A stretch of 64,000 nucleotides of DNA, taken from positions 18,336-82,335 of the forward strand of contig WFPC01000004.1 of the NCBI GenBank assembly GCA_015487785.1, read 5' to 3'. The notes beneath the pieces were generated by a model. The model was not told the DNA's origin, made no database searches, and saw nothing but the letters and a program-made list of their open reading frames with translations. This document shows positions 1 to 10,498 of this stretch, piece after piece. The position numbers and the translations under genes were made by a program. Origin of the DNA: Gammaproteobacteria bacterium (lineage in GTDB: Bacteria; Pseudomonadota; Gammaproteobacteria; S012-40). Every line of letters starts with the position of its first letter. The first letter of the stretch is position 1.

Positions 1-586
1 TGCGGTACATGGCGAAGGCATTGGCGCGAAAACGGCTTTCGATGGGCCCGGGCTCGATCAGCGATACATGGATGCCCGTGCCGCGCAATTCCAGGCGCAG
101 GGTGTCGCTCAAGCCTTCCAGGGCGTACTTGGTGGCGTTGTAGGCGCCGCGATAGGGCAGGGCGACGAAGCCCAGTACCGAGCTGTTCTGTACGATGCGG
201 CCATGTCCCTGGCGTCGCATCACCGGGATGATGCGGCAGGTGAGTTCGTGCCAGCCGAACAGGTTGGTCTCGAAGCTGGCGCGCAGGACGTCCCGGCTCA
301 AGTCTTCCACTGCTCCCGGTTGGCCATAGGCGCCGTTGTTGAACAGGGCATCGAGGTGTCCCCCGGTGCGCCGCAGCACCTCGTCCACAGCGGAGTGGAT
401 GGAATCGGAGTGATCCAGGTCCAGCGGCAGGCTTTCCAGTCCCAGTTGTTGCAGGCGTGCCACGTCTGCGGGTTTGCGCGCGGTGGCGAATACCCGGTAG
501 CCCCGTTGTTGCAGCCCCCGGGCGCAGCACAGGCCGATGCCGCTGGAGCAGCCGGTGATCAGGATGGTCCTGGAGGGCGTGTTCAT
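1..586 (-). CDS. SDR family oxidoreductase (YbbO-like), truncated by window edge
   Basis: Manual translation MNTPSRTILITGCSSGIG (TGxxxGIG), LFNNGAYG, YRGAYNATKYALE (YxxxK); ATG overlaps upstream TGA (ATGA). Confidence 0.9.
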   Translation of the reverse strand, partial: MNTPSRTILITGCSSGIGLCCARGLQQRGYRVFATARKPADVARLQQLGLESLPLDLDHSDSIHSAVDEVLRRTGGHLDALFNNGAYGQPGAVEDLSRDVLRASFETNLFGWHELTCRIIPVMRRQGHGRIVQNSSVLGFVALPYRGAYNATKYALEGLSDTLRLELRGTGIHVSLIEPGPIESRFRANAFAMYR

Positions 587-1239
587 GCGAGCAAGACTGC
601 CACGATGCCGGTGATGAAAATGCCGTCGAAGGTGCCGGCACCGCCGATGGAGGCAATGGGAGTGCCCATGCGGCGAATGTCCTTGAGGCGCAGCAGGTCG
701 GCCCCGACCAGTACGCCCACGGTGCCGCTGATGTAGGCCAGGGCGGGGCTGTTTTCCGGTGCCAGCCAGATGGCTACCAGGGCGGCGGCCAGGGGAGCCA
801 CGAACACCGGCATGCCGATGCCCAGTCCCGGCAGGGGGCGGCTGAAGGCGTAGCCGATGGCGGTGGTGACCAGGCAGGCCAGCGCCACGGTGTCCAGGGG
901 AAGCTGGCTGAATTGGACGAGATAGATGGAGAACCCCAACGGCAACAGGCAGCCTCCCAGGTTGACGGCGATCACCGTCTTGCCTTCGAAGGGCGGCAGG
1001 TTGCGGCCCAGCATGCCCTTGAGCCAGGGGGGGATGGGTTGGGGTTCGCTGGCCTCGGCGCGGATGGTGAACAGGGGCAGGTTGATCAGGCTGCCCACGA
1101 AGGAGCTGATGAGTAGCAGCATGGCCGAGTGCTGCGACAGGCCGAGCTTGTCGAAGGCCAGCGACAGGGCGCCCACCTGGATCACCGCCACCAGCAGCAG
1201 GCCGAAGAGGAAGAAGAAAATGAGCTGGCCGGGGTTCAT
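583..1239 (-). CDS. DUF1614-family multi-pass membrane protein
   Basis: Hydrophobic; motifs GSLINLPL, IAVNLGGCLLP, LVGADLL, SIGGAGTFDGIFITGI. Confidence 0.8.
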   Translation of the reverse strand: MNPGQLIFFFLFGLLLVAVIQVGALSLAFDKLGLSQHSAMLLLISSFVGSLINLPLFTIRAEASEPQPIPPWLKGMLGRNLPPFEGKTVIAVNLGGCLLPLGFSIYLVQFSQLPLDTVALACLVTTAIGYAFSRPLPGLGIGMPVFVAPLAAALVAIWLAPENSPALAYISGTVGVLVGADLLRLKDIRRMGTPIASIGGAGTFDGIFITGIVAVLLA

Positions 1240-1240
1240 C

Positions 1241-2128
1241 TCAGTCCAGGCTGCGCACGCCTTCGGCCAGCAGGGGCGCCAGGGTGATCACATTGCTGGG
1301 GTGGCTGACGCTGTCGCTGCTCCACAGAGTGTGGATGCCACCGGCCTGCAGGGTGCGGCTGGTGTTGGGGTTGACCACCGCGTGGGTCACCATGGCATAG
1401 ACTTGCCGGGCGCCGGCCTGGCGGGCCTGGCGGGCGGCCTGGGCCAGGGTGTGGCCGGTGCTGGCCACGTCGTCCACCAGTACCACGATCTGGTCTTGCA
1501 GGTCGTGCCGGCCCAGTTCGATGGAGACGTGTTCGTCGCCATGGCGCAGCTTGCTGGCCACTTGGTGTTGAAAACCGCTCAGTTGTGCCACCTGGGCGAC
1601 CCACTGTTCGGATTCGCTGTCGGGGCCCAGTAGTATGGCGTGCTGGAACTGCTGGCGCAGGAATTCGGCCATGGGTCTGGCGGCGGTGAGGCAGATGGCG
1701 CGTTCCCCCAGGGGCACCGCTTGTTGCAGGCGCTCGATGCGGTGCAGATGGGGGTCCACGGTGACCAGGGCATCGAAGTGCTCTGCCAGCAGTTGCCCGA
1801 TGATGCGTTGGCTTACCGCCTCGCCAGGGTGGTTTTCGGCGTCCTGACGCATGTAGCAGAGGTAGGGCGCCACAAGGGTGAGGCGGCGGGCGCCATAGCG
1901 GCGCGCCACTGCGCAGGCCAGCAGCAGTTCGATCAACTTGTCGTTGGGATGGTCCAGGCTGCGGCAGAAGATCACGTGGGGTGGCAGCTCGGTGGGCAGG
2001 CGCACCAAGCTTTCACCATCGGGGAAATGATGAATTTCCGCTTGCCGGTAGTCGATGCCCAGGGCCCGGGCCAGGTTCTGGGCCTGGGCTTGATAGTCGG
2101 GGAAACCGAGTAGCAGGCTGTCAGTCAT
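1241..2128 (-). CDS. prs: Ribose-phosphate pyrophosphokinase-like protein
   Basis: FPDGE, APYLCYMRQD, VDPHLH, GPD, VLVDDVASTGHTL (PRPP loop); start set at MTDSLLL, 2 bp after upstream stop. Confidence 0.85.
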   Translation of the reverse strand: MTDSLLLGFPDYQAQAQNLARALGIDYRQAEIHHFPDGESLVRLPTELPPHVIFCRSLDHPNDKLIELLLACAVARRYGARRLTLVAPYLCYMRQDAENHPGEAVSQRIIGQLLAEHFDALVTVDPHLHRIERLQQAVPLGERAICLTAARPMAEFLRQQFQHAILLGPDSESEQWVAQVAQLSGFQHQVASKLRHGDEHVSIELGRHDLQDQIVVLVDDVASTGHTLAQAARQARQAGARQVYAMVTHAVVNPNTSRTLQAGGIHTLWSSDSVSHPSNVITLAPLLAEGVRSLD

Positions 2129-2130
2129 AT

Positions 2131-3660
2131 TCAAAAGGCCACGAAGGGTTGGGGGATCTGTTCGGGCTGGCCGATCCGGTAGCCACTGGCCTTGCGGCAC
2201 AGGTTGTGGGCGAAGTCGAAATCCTGCTGGAATTCCGCGTGCACCCGGTAGAGAGGCTCGCCCCGTTGGACGGGATCGCCCAGTTTCTTGAGCAGGTCGA
2301 CGCCGGCGCGCTTGTCCATGGGGGCGCCGGCGATGCGGGCCAGCCTGGCCAGATGATAGTTGTCGATGGCGGTGACCACGCCGTCGTGATCGGCGGCCAC
2401 TTCGAAGCTCAGCGGGCCGGGTTCCAGCACGGCCTCGTTGCGCCCCTGGGCATCGATGATGTCGTTCATCTTGGCGATGGCGCGCCCGGAGTCGAGGATG
2501 TCGCGGGCGATGGCATAGCCCTGGCCGCCGCGCACGTCGGGATCGAACTCGATCACCCGCCCGGCCAGTTGCAGGGCCTTCTGGCGCAGGTCGGCGGGGG
2601 CCTCGGGGTCGTTGCTCAGCACCTGCATCACGTCGCGCGCCTCCAGCACCGGGCCGATGCCGCGGCCGATGGGCTGGCGGCCGTCGGTGATGACCACTTC
2701 CAGATGAATGTCCAGATGGTCGCCGACGAATTCGAACAGCTTGCGCAGGGCCAGGGCCTGACGCATGTGGCGCACCTTGGCGGTGGGGCCCACGGGAATG
2801 TCGATCAGCAGGTGGGTGGAGCCGGCGGCCAGCTTTTTGGCCAGGATGGAGGCGATCATCTGTCCCGGCGAGTCGATGCCCAGGGGGCGCTCCACCGAGA
2901 TGAGGATGTCGTCCACCGGCGCCAGGCGGGCGGTGCCGCCCCAGGCCAGGCAGCCGCGCTGATGACGCACGATGCCCAGCAGCTCGCCAGGATCGAGGTT
3001 GACCTTGGCCAGTACTTCCATGGTGTCGGCGGTGCCGGCCGGAGAGGTGATGGCACGCGAGGAGGTCTTGGGGATGAGCATGCCGTGGGCGGCGACGATG
3101 GGTACTACCAGCATGGACGTGCGGTTGCCGGGAATGCCGCCGATGCAGTGCTTGTCGGCCACCAGGGGTTCCTGCCAGTCCAGTCGCTCGCCGGTGTTGA
3201 TCATGGCGCGGGTGAGATAGAGGATCTCGTCGCGGTCCAGGCTGTTGCCCGAGGCCACCAGGAAGGCGGCCATTTCCATCTTGGAATAGCGATTGTCGGC
3301 GATATCGCGGGCGATCTGATCGAAGTCGTGCTGGTCCAGTCGCTCGCCATCGATCTTGCGCCGTACCGCTTCCATGGAGGCCGGTGGTTCGGCGTGGGCC
3401 ACGCTCACCAGGCTGCCTTCTGCCACGCCGAGCTGGGCGAAGGCCTGTTGTGACAGGCCCAGTTCGCCGGGATTGACGATGTTGGCGTCGTCGACGACAT
3501 TGAGCACGGCCAGGATGCGGCCGCCGTCACTGCCGATTTCGATCTTGGACAGGGCCTGGAAGCCTTCCGCCCGGTAGGTTTCACACTCCCGGTGCATGTA
3601 GGCCACGTTTTCGTGGTAGGTGTCTATGCCAACCTGGCGCAGGTGCAGTTGATCAGCCAT
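2131..3660 (-). CDS. AMP phosphorylase / thymidine phosphorylase family (archaeal-type long form)
   Basis: [54 protein letters not shown]; extra ~80-aa N-terminal domain. Confidence 0.9.
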   Translation of the reverse strand: MADQLHLRQVGIDTYHENVAYMHRECETYRAEGFQALSKIEIGSDGGRILAVLNVVDDANIVNPGELGLSQQAFAQLGVAEGSLVSVAHAEPPASMEAVRRKIDGERLDQHDFDQIARDIADNRYSKMEMAAFLVASGNSLDRDEILYLTRAMINTGERLDWQEPLVADKHCIGGIPGNRTSMLVVPIVAAHGMLIPKTSSRAITSPAGTADTMEVLAKVNLDPGELLGIVRHQRGCLAWGGTARLAPVDDILISVERPLGIDSPGQMIASILAKKLAAGSTHLLIDIPVGPTAKVRHMRQALALRKLFEFVGDHLDIHLEVVITDGRQPIGRGIGPVLEARDVMQVLSNDPEAPADLRQKALQLAGRVIEFDPDVRGGQGYAIARDILDSGRAIAKMNDIIDAQGRNEAVLEPGPLSFEVAADHDGVVTAIDNYHLARLARIAGAPMDKRAGVDLLKKLGDPVQRGEPLYRVHAEFQQDFDFAHNLCRKASGYRIGQPEQIPQPFVAF

Positions 3661-3672
3661 GGGGCGAGTGTA

Positions 3673-5451
3673 TCACTTTTCCTGCTGTTGCAGGGCCCAC
3701 ATGCGGGCATAGGCACCGCCGCGAGCGAGTAGTTCGGCGTGTCCGCCGGCCTCGATGATGCGACCGTGTGCCATCACCAGGATGCGGTCGGCGTCGACGA
3801 TGGTGGACAGACGGTGGGCGATCACCAGGGTGGTGCGTCGGTGGGCGATTTCCGCCAGCGCCTGCAGGATGGCCTGTTCGGCATGGGAGTCCAGCGCCGA
3901 GGTGGCCTCGTCGAAGATCAGGATCCTGGGGTCCTTGAGAATGGCGCGGGCGATGGCCACCCGTTGTTTTTCGCCCCCCGAGAGCTTCAGGCCGCGCTCG
4001 CCCACCTCGGTCTGGTAGCCTTCGGGCAAGGAGAGGATGAAGTCGTGGATGTGGGCCAGGCGGGCGGCCCGGTAGACTTCCTCGGGATCGGCCTCGGGCT
4101 TGGCATAGCTGATGTTGTAATAGAGGGTGTCGTTGAACAGCACGGTGTCCTGGGGCACGATGCCGATGGCCGCGCGCAGGGAGCGCTGCTGGACCTGGCG
4201 AATATCCTGGTCGTCGATGAGGATGCGGCCGCCGTCCACGTCGTAGAAGCGGAACAGCAGCCGGGCCAGGGTGGATTTGCCGGCGCCGCTATGGCCCACC
4301 ACGGCCACTTTTTGTCCGGGGGGGATCTCGAAGTCCACCTGATGCAGGATGGGGCGCTCGGGGTGGTAGCCGAAGTCCACTCGCTCGAAACGCACCCGGC
4401 CCTGGCTGACTTGCAACGGCCTGGCGCCGGGGGCATCGGCAATCTCGGCGTGCTTGTCCAGCAGGCTGAACATTTTTTCCATGTCGGCCAGGGAATGCTT
4501 GATCTCCCGGTAGACGAAACCCAGGAAGCCCAGTGGCATGTAGAGCTGAAGCAAGTAAGCGTTCACCAACACCAGGTCGCCGATGGTCATTTTCTGCTCC
4601 ACCACCTGCTGGGCGGCCAGGATCAACAACAGGGTCATGCCCACGGCGATGATGCTGCCCTGGCCCAGGTTGAGCAGCGACAGCGAGGTCTGGTTCTTGA
4701 TCGCGGCGCGTTCCCAGCGCGCCAGGTTGGCATCGTAACGGCGGGCCTCGAAGTCCTCGTTGCCGAAGTATTTCACCGTCTCGTAGTTGAGCAGGCTGTC
4801 GATGGCGCGGGTGTTGGCGCGCGAGTCCAGTTCGTTCATCTGGCGGCGGTACTTCATGCGCCACTCGGTGACCACCAGGGTGTAGGCGATGTAGACCACG
4901 ATGGTGCCCACGGTGACGAGGGCAAACCGGGCATCGTAGTTGAGCAGCAGGATCAGTGCCACCAGGGCGATTTCCGCCAACGTCGGCAAGATGTTGAACA
5001 GCATGAAGCTGAGCAGGAAGCTGATGCCCCGGGTGCCGCGTTCGATGTCGCGCGAGATGCCACCGGTCTGGCGTTCCAGGTGGAAGCGCAGCGACAGGGC
5101 ATGCAGGTGGCGGAATACCTTGAGCGCCACCCGGCGAATGGCGCGCTGGGTGACCTTGGCGAAGACCACGTCGCGCAGTTCGCCGAAGGCGCTGCTGGCC
5201 AGGCGCAGCAGGCCGTAGGCCAGCAGCAGGCCCAGCGGCAGGGCGATCACGCTGACCTGGCTGCGGTCCAGGGCATCGACGATGTCCTTGAGCACCAGCG
5301 GCACCCATACCGTGGCCACCTTGGCGATGCCCAGGCAAAGGAGAGCAATGATCACCCGGCCCTTGAATTCCCACAAATAAGGCAACAGGGTGGCAATGGT
5401 GCGCCAATCGCCGGGGCGGGCTGGTGTGGTATCGTCGTGCGCTGGGCTCAT
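3673..5451 (-). CDS. ATM1/ABCB7-type ABC exporter (TMD+NBD)
   Basis: LSLRFHLERQTG, DSLLNYETVKYF, Walker A GHSGAGKS, LSGGEKQRVAIAR, DEATSALD; start set at MSPAHDD. Confidence 0.92.
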   Translation of the reverse strand: MSPAHDDTTPARPGDWRTIATLLPYLWEFKGRVIIALLCLGIAKVATVWVPLVLKDIVDALDRSQVSVIALPLGLLLAYGLLRLASSAFGELRDVVFAKVTQRAIRRVALKVFRHLHALSLRFHLERQTGGISRDIERGTRGISFLLSFMLFNILPTLAEIALVALILLLNYDARFALVTVGTIVVYIAYTLVVTEWRMKYRRQMNELDSRANTRAIDSLLNYETVKYFGNEDFEARRYDANLARWERAAIKNQTSLSLLNLGQGSIIAVGMTLLLILAAQQVVEQKMTIGDLVLVNAYLLQLYMPLGFLGFVYREIKHSLADMEKMFSLLDKHAEIADAPGARPLQVSQGRVRFERVDFGYHPERPILHQVDFEIPPGQKVAVVGHSGAGKSTLARLLFRFYDVDGGRILIDDQDIRQVQQRSLRAAIGIVPQDTVLFNDTLYYNISYAKPEADPEEVYRAARLAHIHDFILSLPEGYQTEVGERGLKLSGGEKQRVAIARAILKDPRILIFDEATSALDSHAEQAILQALAEIAHRRTTLVIAHRLSTIVDADRILVMAHGRIIEAGGHAELLARGGAYARMWALQQQEK

Positions 5452-5609
5452 GGGCTTGTATTCCTGGTTTCTGCCCCTAGTTATAGGCTTGGCCCGCGGG
5501 CCGGCGCGATTATTGTATAATGCGCGCCAATTGATTGTCGGTTTGGGGCAAGCTGCGAATTGTACCGGAAACGCGGCCCCCGGCAGCAAGAAATCGAGGA
5601 GAGCAGGAC

Positions 5610-5876
5610 ATGCCTATCTATGAATACCGTTGTGAACGCTGTGGTCACGAACTGGAAGCTATTCAGAAAATGAGCGACGAGCCCCTGCGGGATTGTCCGG
5701 CCTGTGGCGAGGCGGGACTGAAAAAACTGATCTCGGCCGCCGGTTTTCGGCTCAAGGGTGGCGGTTGGTACGAGACCGACTTCAAGAGCGGCAAGAAAAA
5801 GAACCTGGCCGGCGACGGTGATACTCAGAGCGCTGGCAGCGACAAGAAGGCCGCCAGCGGCGACAACGCCGGCTGA
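5610..5876 (+). CDS. FmdB-family zinc-ribbon protein
   Basis: MPIYEYRCERCG...CPACG...GFRLKGGGWYETDFK; usual position upstream of aspS. Confidence 0.9.
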   Translation: MPIYEYRCERCGHELEAIQKMSDEPLRDCPACGEAGLKKLISAAGFRLKGGGWYETDFKSGKKKNLAGDGDTQSAGSDKKAASGDNAG

Positions 5877-5947
5877 GAATTGTAATTTCACCCTGAAACG
5901 GGCACACTTGCCGCTTTTTCGCACCGAGACAAGAGGAATTCGAGTTC

Positions 5948-7726
5948 ATGCGCAGCCATTACTGTGGCCAGATCAACGAGAGCCTGGCGGGAGAAGTCGT
6001 CGAAATCGCGGCCTGGGTGCACCGGCGCCGGGATCATGGCGGGGTGATTTTTCTGGACATGCGCGATCGCGAGGGCTTGGTGCAGGTGGTGTTCGACCCC
6101 GACACCCCGGCCACCTTCGCTCTGGCGGAGCGAGTCCGGAGTGAGTACGTACTTCGTATAAAGGGCTTGGTGCGTCTTCGCCCGGAGGGCACGGAAAATG
6201 AGAATCTGGCCAGCGGCAAGGTGGAGATCCTGGGCCAGGAACTGGAGATCCTCAACCGCGCGGCCACGCCGCCGTTCCAGATTGAGGACGAGGACGTGTC
6301 CGAGGAACACCGGCTGCGCTATCGCTACATCGACCTGCGCCGTCCCGAGATGTTCCAGCGCCTGAAGCTGCGCGCCGAAATCACCCGCCAGATGCGTGCC
6401 TTCCTGGATCGGCACGGTTTTCTCGATATCGAGACCCCCATGCTGACCAAGGCCACGCCGGAGGGCGCGCGCGACTATCTGGTGCCCAGTCGCACCCACG
6501 AAGGCAGTTTTTTCGCCTTGCCGCAGTCGCCGCAATTGTTCAAGCAATTGCTGATGATGTCGGGGATGGATCGCTATTACCAGGTGGTGCGCTGTTTCCG
6601 TGATGAAGACCTGCGCGCCGACCGCCAGCCCGAGTTCACCCAGCTCGATGTGGAGACCTCGTTTCTCGACGAGGAGCAGATCATCGACCTGATGGAGGCC
6701 ATGTTGCGCGAAGTGTTCGCCGAGGTGCTGGATGTGACCCTGCCCGATCCCTTCCCGCGCATGAGCTATGTCGAGGCCATGGCGCGTTACGGCAGCGACA
6801 AGCCCGATCTGCGCATTCCCCTGGAACTGGTGGATCTCAAGGACGTGATGGCCGGGGTGGAGTTCAAGGTATTCTCCGGTCCGGCCAAGGATCCCAAGGG
6901 CCGGGTGGCGGCCCTGCGCCTGCCCTCCGGCGGTGAGCTGAGCCGCAAGGAAATCGACGACTACACCGCCTTCGTGGGTATCTATGGCGCCAAGGGGCTG
7001 GCCTATATCAAGGTCAACGACCCGGCCCGGGGGCGTGAGGGCTTGCAGTCGCCCATTCTCAAGTTTTTGCCCGACGAGGTCGTGGCGGCCATCATCCAGC
7101 GTACCGGCGCCGAGGCGGGCGACCTGATCTTTTTCGGCGCGGACAAGGCCAGCGTGGTCAACGAATCGCTGGGCGCGCTGAGGGTCAGGCTGGGGCACGA
7201 CCGTGGCTTGCTGGAGCCCGGCTGGCGACCATTGTGGGTGGTGGATTTCCCCATGTTCGAATGGGACGACAAGACCGGCCGCTGGACGCCCCTGCACCAC
7301 CCCTTCACTGCGCCGGCCGAGGGCGATGTGGACAAGCTGGAGAGCGATCCCGGTGCCTGTCATTCACGCGCCTACGACATCGTGCTCAACGGCACCGAGA
7401 TCGGCGGTGGCTCCATGCGTATCCACCGGGAAGAGGTACAGGAGAAGGTCTTCCGCGCCTTGGGCATCGGTGAGCAGGAAGCGCGCGACAAATTCGGTTT
7501 CTTGCTCGATGCGCTCAAATACGGTTGTCCGCCCCACGGCGGCCTGGCCTTTGGGCTGGATCGCCTGGTGATGCTGATGAGCGGTGCCTCGTCCATTCGT
7601 GAAGTGATGGCCTTCCCCAAGACCCAGACTGCCGCTTGTCTGCTTACCGGCGCGCCATCACCGGTTTCCTTCGAGCAACTGCGCGAGGTGGGTATCCGCC
7701 TCGCCAAGTCGGCCAAGGCCGGTTGA
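5948..7726 (+). CDS. aspS: Aspartate-tRNA ligase, probably non-discriminating Asp/Asn type
   Basis: [64 protein letters not shown]. Confidence 0.97.
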   Translation: MRSHYCGQINESLAGEVVEIAAWVHRRRDHGGVIFLDMRDREGLVQVVFDPDTPATFALAERVRSEYVLRIKGLVRLRPEGTENENLASGKVEILGQELEILNRAATPPFQIEDEDVSEEHRLRYRYIDLRRPEMFQRLKLRAEITRQMRAFLDRHGFLDIETPMLTKATPEGARDYLVPSRTHEGSFFALPQSPQLFKQLLMMSGMDRYYQVVRCFRDEDLRADRQPEFTQLDVETSFLDEEQIIDLMEAMLREVFAEVLDVTLPDPFPRMSYVEAMARYGSDKPDLRIPLELVDLKDVMAGVEFKVFSGPAKDPKGRVAALRLPSGGELSRKEIDDYTAFVGIYGAKGLAYIKVNDPARGREGLQSPILKFLPDEVVAAIIQRTGAEAGDLIFFGADKASVVNESLGALRVRLGHDRGLLEPGWRPLWVVDFPMFEWDDKTGRWTPLHHPFTAPAEGDVDKLESDPGACHSRAYDIVLNGTEIGGGSMRIHREEVQEKVFRALGIGEQEARDKFGFLLDALKYGCPPHGGLAFGLDRLVMLMSGASSIREVMAFPKTQTAACLLTGAPSPVSFEQLREVGIRLAKSAKAG

Positions 7727-7748
7727 ATCAACCCGTGGAGATGAGGAC

Positions 7749-8855
7749 ATGGCAGTAGAGTCCGTCGCCATTCAGAATTTCATGCAACTGGACGATCCCC
7801 AGTGCGAGGAACGCATACGTCGCGCCAAGGCCAAACTGGGTGAACGGGTGGTGGTGCTGGGGCATCACTACCAGCGCGAGGAAGTATTCCGGCATGCCGA
7901 TTTCGTCGGCGACTCCCTCAAGTTGTCACGCCTGGCGGCGGGCTCCCGTGCCGATTACATCGTGTTCTGTGGGGTGCATTTCATGGCCGAGGTGGCGGAT
8001 ATTCTGTCCGGGCCACAGCAGGTGGCCATCCTGCCCGACCTGGCCGCCGGCTGCTCCATGGCCGACATGGCCGACCAGGCCAGGGTGGAGCGGGCCTGGC
8101 GCGAGCTGGACGAAATGCTCGGTGGCGAGGTGGAACAAGGAGTCACCCCGGTCACCTACATCAATTCCGCCGCCGACCTCAAGGCCTTCTGCGGTCGCCA
8201 CGGTGGCATCGTGTGCACGTCCACCAATGCCCGCAACGTGCTGGACTGGGCCTTCGGCCAGCGTGAGAAGGTATTGTTCTTTCCCGATCAGCACCTGGGT
8301 CGCAATACCGCTTATGCCATGGGTATTCCACTGGAAGACATGGTGGTATGGGATTTCGACCAACCCCATGGCGGGCTCACGCCGGAACAGGTGCGACGGG
8401 CCAGGATGATACTGTGGAAGGGCTTTTGTTCGGTGCATCAGATGTTTCGCCCCGAGCACGTCGACGCCTTCCGGGCCAAGTACCCCGAGGGGAAGGTGAT
8501 CTCACATCCCGAGAGTGCCTTCGAGGTGTGTCAGAAGTCCGACTACGTGGGTTCCACCGAATACATCATCAAGACCATCGCCGAGTCCGCCCCGGGCACC
8601 CGCTGGCTGGTGGGCACCGAGCTGAACCTGGTCAACCGCCTGCACCAGCAGTTCAAGGACGAGGGCAAGTCGGTGCACTTCATGTCGCCCACGGTGTGCA
8701 TGTGTTCCACCATGTTCCGCATCAGCCCGCAGCATCTGGCCTGGACCCTGGAAAACCTGGTCCAGGGGCAGGTGGTCAACCGTATCAGCGTGCCGGCCGC
8801 GGAGGCCGAGCAGGCGCTCAGGGCGTTGAATCGCATGCTGGAGGTTTCGCCTTGA
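7749..8855 (+). CDS. nadA: Quinolinate synthase A
   Basis: LGHHYQR, FCGVHFMAE, AGCSMADM, GFCSVH, HPE, CSTM (three Fe-S cysteines). Confidence 0.95.
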   Translation: MAVESVAIQNFMQLDDPQCEERIRRAKAKLGERVVVLGHHYQREEVFRHADFVGDSLKLSRLAAGSRADYIVFCGVHFMAEVADILSGPQQVAILPDLAAGCSMADMADQARVERAWRELDEMLGGEVEQGVTPVTYINSAADLKAFCGRHGGIVCTSTNARNVLDWAFGQREKVLFFPDQHLGRNTAYAMGIPLEDMVVWDFDQPHGGLTPEQVRRARMILWKGFCSVHQMFRPEHVDAFRAKYPEGKVISHPESAFEVCQKSDYVGSTEYIIKTIAESAPGTRWLVGTELNLVNRLHQQFKDEGKSVHFMSPTVCMCSTMFRISPQHLAWTLENLVQGQVVNRISVPAAEAEQALRALNRMLEVSP

Positions 8856-8971
8856 TCCGTCGAGGTGGCGGAATTCGCGGCCGCGGCGGGCGAGGAAATT
8901 TCGTGATCAGGCTGGAATCGTGATGGCCGTTTCCCGTAATCTCAAAGCCTTACTCTGAGTATTCGGGTGGT

Positions 8972-10030
8972 TCAGGCCTGTCGCAGGGCGTTGCCCAACG
9001 CCTCGAAATCCAGTGGCTTTGCTTGTTGGGGGTGATTCAGGGCCAGGGTCTGTTGCAGGGCCTCGCGGGCCGCTTGTTCGGGTTGCTGCAAGGGTAGCTT
9101 GCCGGTCAGCTCTTCGAGAAGGGATTTCAGCTCCTGGGCCAGCCTGGCCACCGGGGTGGGCAGGCTGCGGCTTTCCTGTAGGGCCTGGATACTGCGGTAT
9201 TCTTCCACACTGCGCAGATTGACGTTGAAACTCTGCAGTTCATTGCCGTCCAGGCTCAGCATCGCGGCCTGCTCGGTCACCTCCTGCAGGCTGCCGTTCT
9301 GGAAGGCATCGGCCAGTTCGGCCACCTGTTGCATGAATTGCTCGATGGCCTTGCGCTCGCCCTCGTCCAGTTGACCTTTCACCCGAATACGCATCTGTTG
9401 TGACAGGCTGGCTTCCTGGCCATTGGCCTGGAAACGGGTGTTGGCGTCGGCATAGTCCATGGCCGTGCGGGTCTGTTGCCACTGGCGGCTGAGTTCGATG
9501 GTCACGATGTCGCCGTCGCGGGTCTTCAGTTGCAGCGAGAGACTGTTTTCACTGCGGTATTGTTCCAGGCTGGCACTGCTGCGCTGGCTGCTCAACTCGT
9601 CTTGCAAGCGTTGCTGCAGGGTGTCGATGTCCTGTGTCACGACGTCGTTGAGCATCCCGGCACGGGCCAGGTCTTCGCGGCCACTGCGCAGACCACTGTC
9701 GATACTCCGGGCAAGCTGCTCCCGACCGGCCTGGCCGCTGCGCAGCAGTTGTTGAGCCATGGCCATGACCCGCCTGGCAGTGGCCTCGGGGCCATTGTCC
9801 ACGTTGTTATAGGGTGTACTTGGAGGGGGCGTGAGCTGGCCCAGGCGGCCGAGGTGTTCGCCGATGCGGCGGGCGAGGAACTCGCGTGCCTGTTCGGGAC
9901 GAATCTGGTTGAGTATCACGGGCTGGGCGTTTGCTGGACGCACGCTGCCGGGTCTTGCCCAGGGGCTGGGAAAGTCCGTGGCTAGGTTGGGCGCAAGACT
10001 CGTTGCCGCGAGACTGGTGGTGCTGTTCAT
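8972..10030 (-). CDS. Hypothetical protein, DUF5610-like
   Basis: PEATARR, LQLKTRDGDIVTIEL, VKGQLDEGERKAIEQFMQQVAELADAF recalled as typical of this family; preceded by a sigma28-like promoter. Confidence 0.65.
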   Translation of the reverse strand: MNSTTSLAATSLAPNLATDFPSPWARPGSVRPANAQPVILNQIRPEQAREFLARRIGEHLGRLGQLTPPPSTPYNNVDNGPEATARRVMAMAQQLLRSGQAGREQLARSIDSGLRSGREDLARAGMLNDVVTQDIDTLQQRLQDELSSQRSSASLEQYRSENSLSLQLKTRDGDIVTIELSRQWQQTRTAMDYADANTRFQANGQEASLSQQMRIRVKGQLDEGERKAIEQFMQQVAELADAFQNGSLQEVTEQAAMLSLDGNELQSFNVNLRSVEEYRSIQALQESRSLPTPVARLAQELKSLLEELTGKLPLQQPEQAAREALQQTLALNHPQQAKPLDFEALGNALRQA

Positions 10031-10060
10031 GTGCCGCTTCTCCGCGTCCTCTCAATTGCC

Positions 10061-10087
10061 CTGTCGGACGGCGTGGCGATAACTTTA
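10061..10087 (-). promoter_or_regulatory. sigma28 (FliA)-like promoter
   Basis: TAAA(GTT)-N15-TCCGACAG on minus strand, 30 nt upstream of the ATG at 10030. Confidence 0.6.
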
Positions 10088-10141
10088 GTGTTTTTTTTGC
10101 TGTCCGGGTCACGGCTTTGTCGTGCCGTGAGGCTTGACAAC

Positions 10142-10498
10142 TCAGCGCAGGAGGGATTGCTGGCGGCGTTTCTCCATTTCCTCCAAGGCTTGCTGGGGGC
10201 TGAGTTCCAGATCGTCGGGCTCGGCGAATTCCAGCAGCTTGCGGGCGCGCTCGTCGTTGCGCACCTGGAAGCGCACCAGCATCAGGGCCAGGCGGGTGTT
10301 GAAGGCCAGCGCCAGGATGGCGAACATGCTCAGCAACAGGCCCGCCTGCAGCAGTTCCCGCGGCAGATTGTCGAGCTGGGTGACGTAGACCACGGGAAAG
10401 AGCAGGATATAGGCCAGCAAGGGAGGCTTGAGTCGCTTGCGCAGCTCGAGCTGGCGTTGGCGATAGTGTTCCAGTAGCTGAATGTCATCTTGGGCCAT
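10142..10498 (-). CDS. Small hypothetical two-TM membrane protein
   Basis: 118 aa, two hydrophobic segments, GGAAG upstream of ATG. Confidence 0.65.
   Translation of the reverse strand: MAQDDIQLLEHYRQRQLELRKRLKPPLLAYILLFPVVYVTQLDNLPRELLQAGLLLSMFAILALAFNTRLALMLVRFQVRNDERARKLLEFAEPDDLELSPQQALEEMEKRRQQSLLR

Noticed and set aside
10091-10098. T8 tracts here and at 25582-25589 as phase-variation switches
   Set aside because: Short and intergenic, upstream of promoter elements; more likely UP or bending tracts
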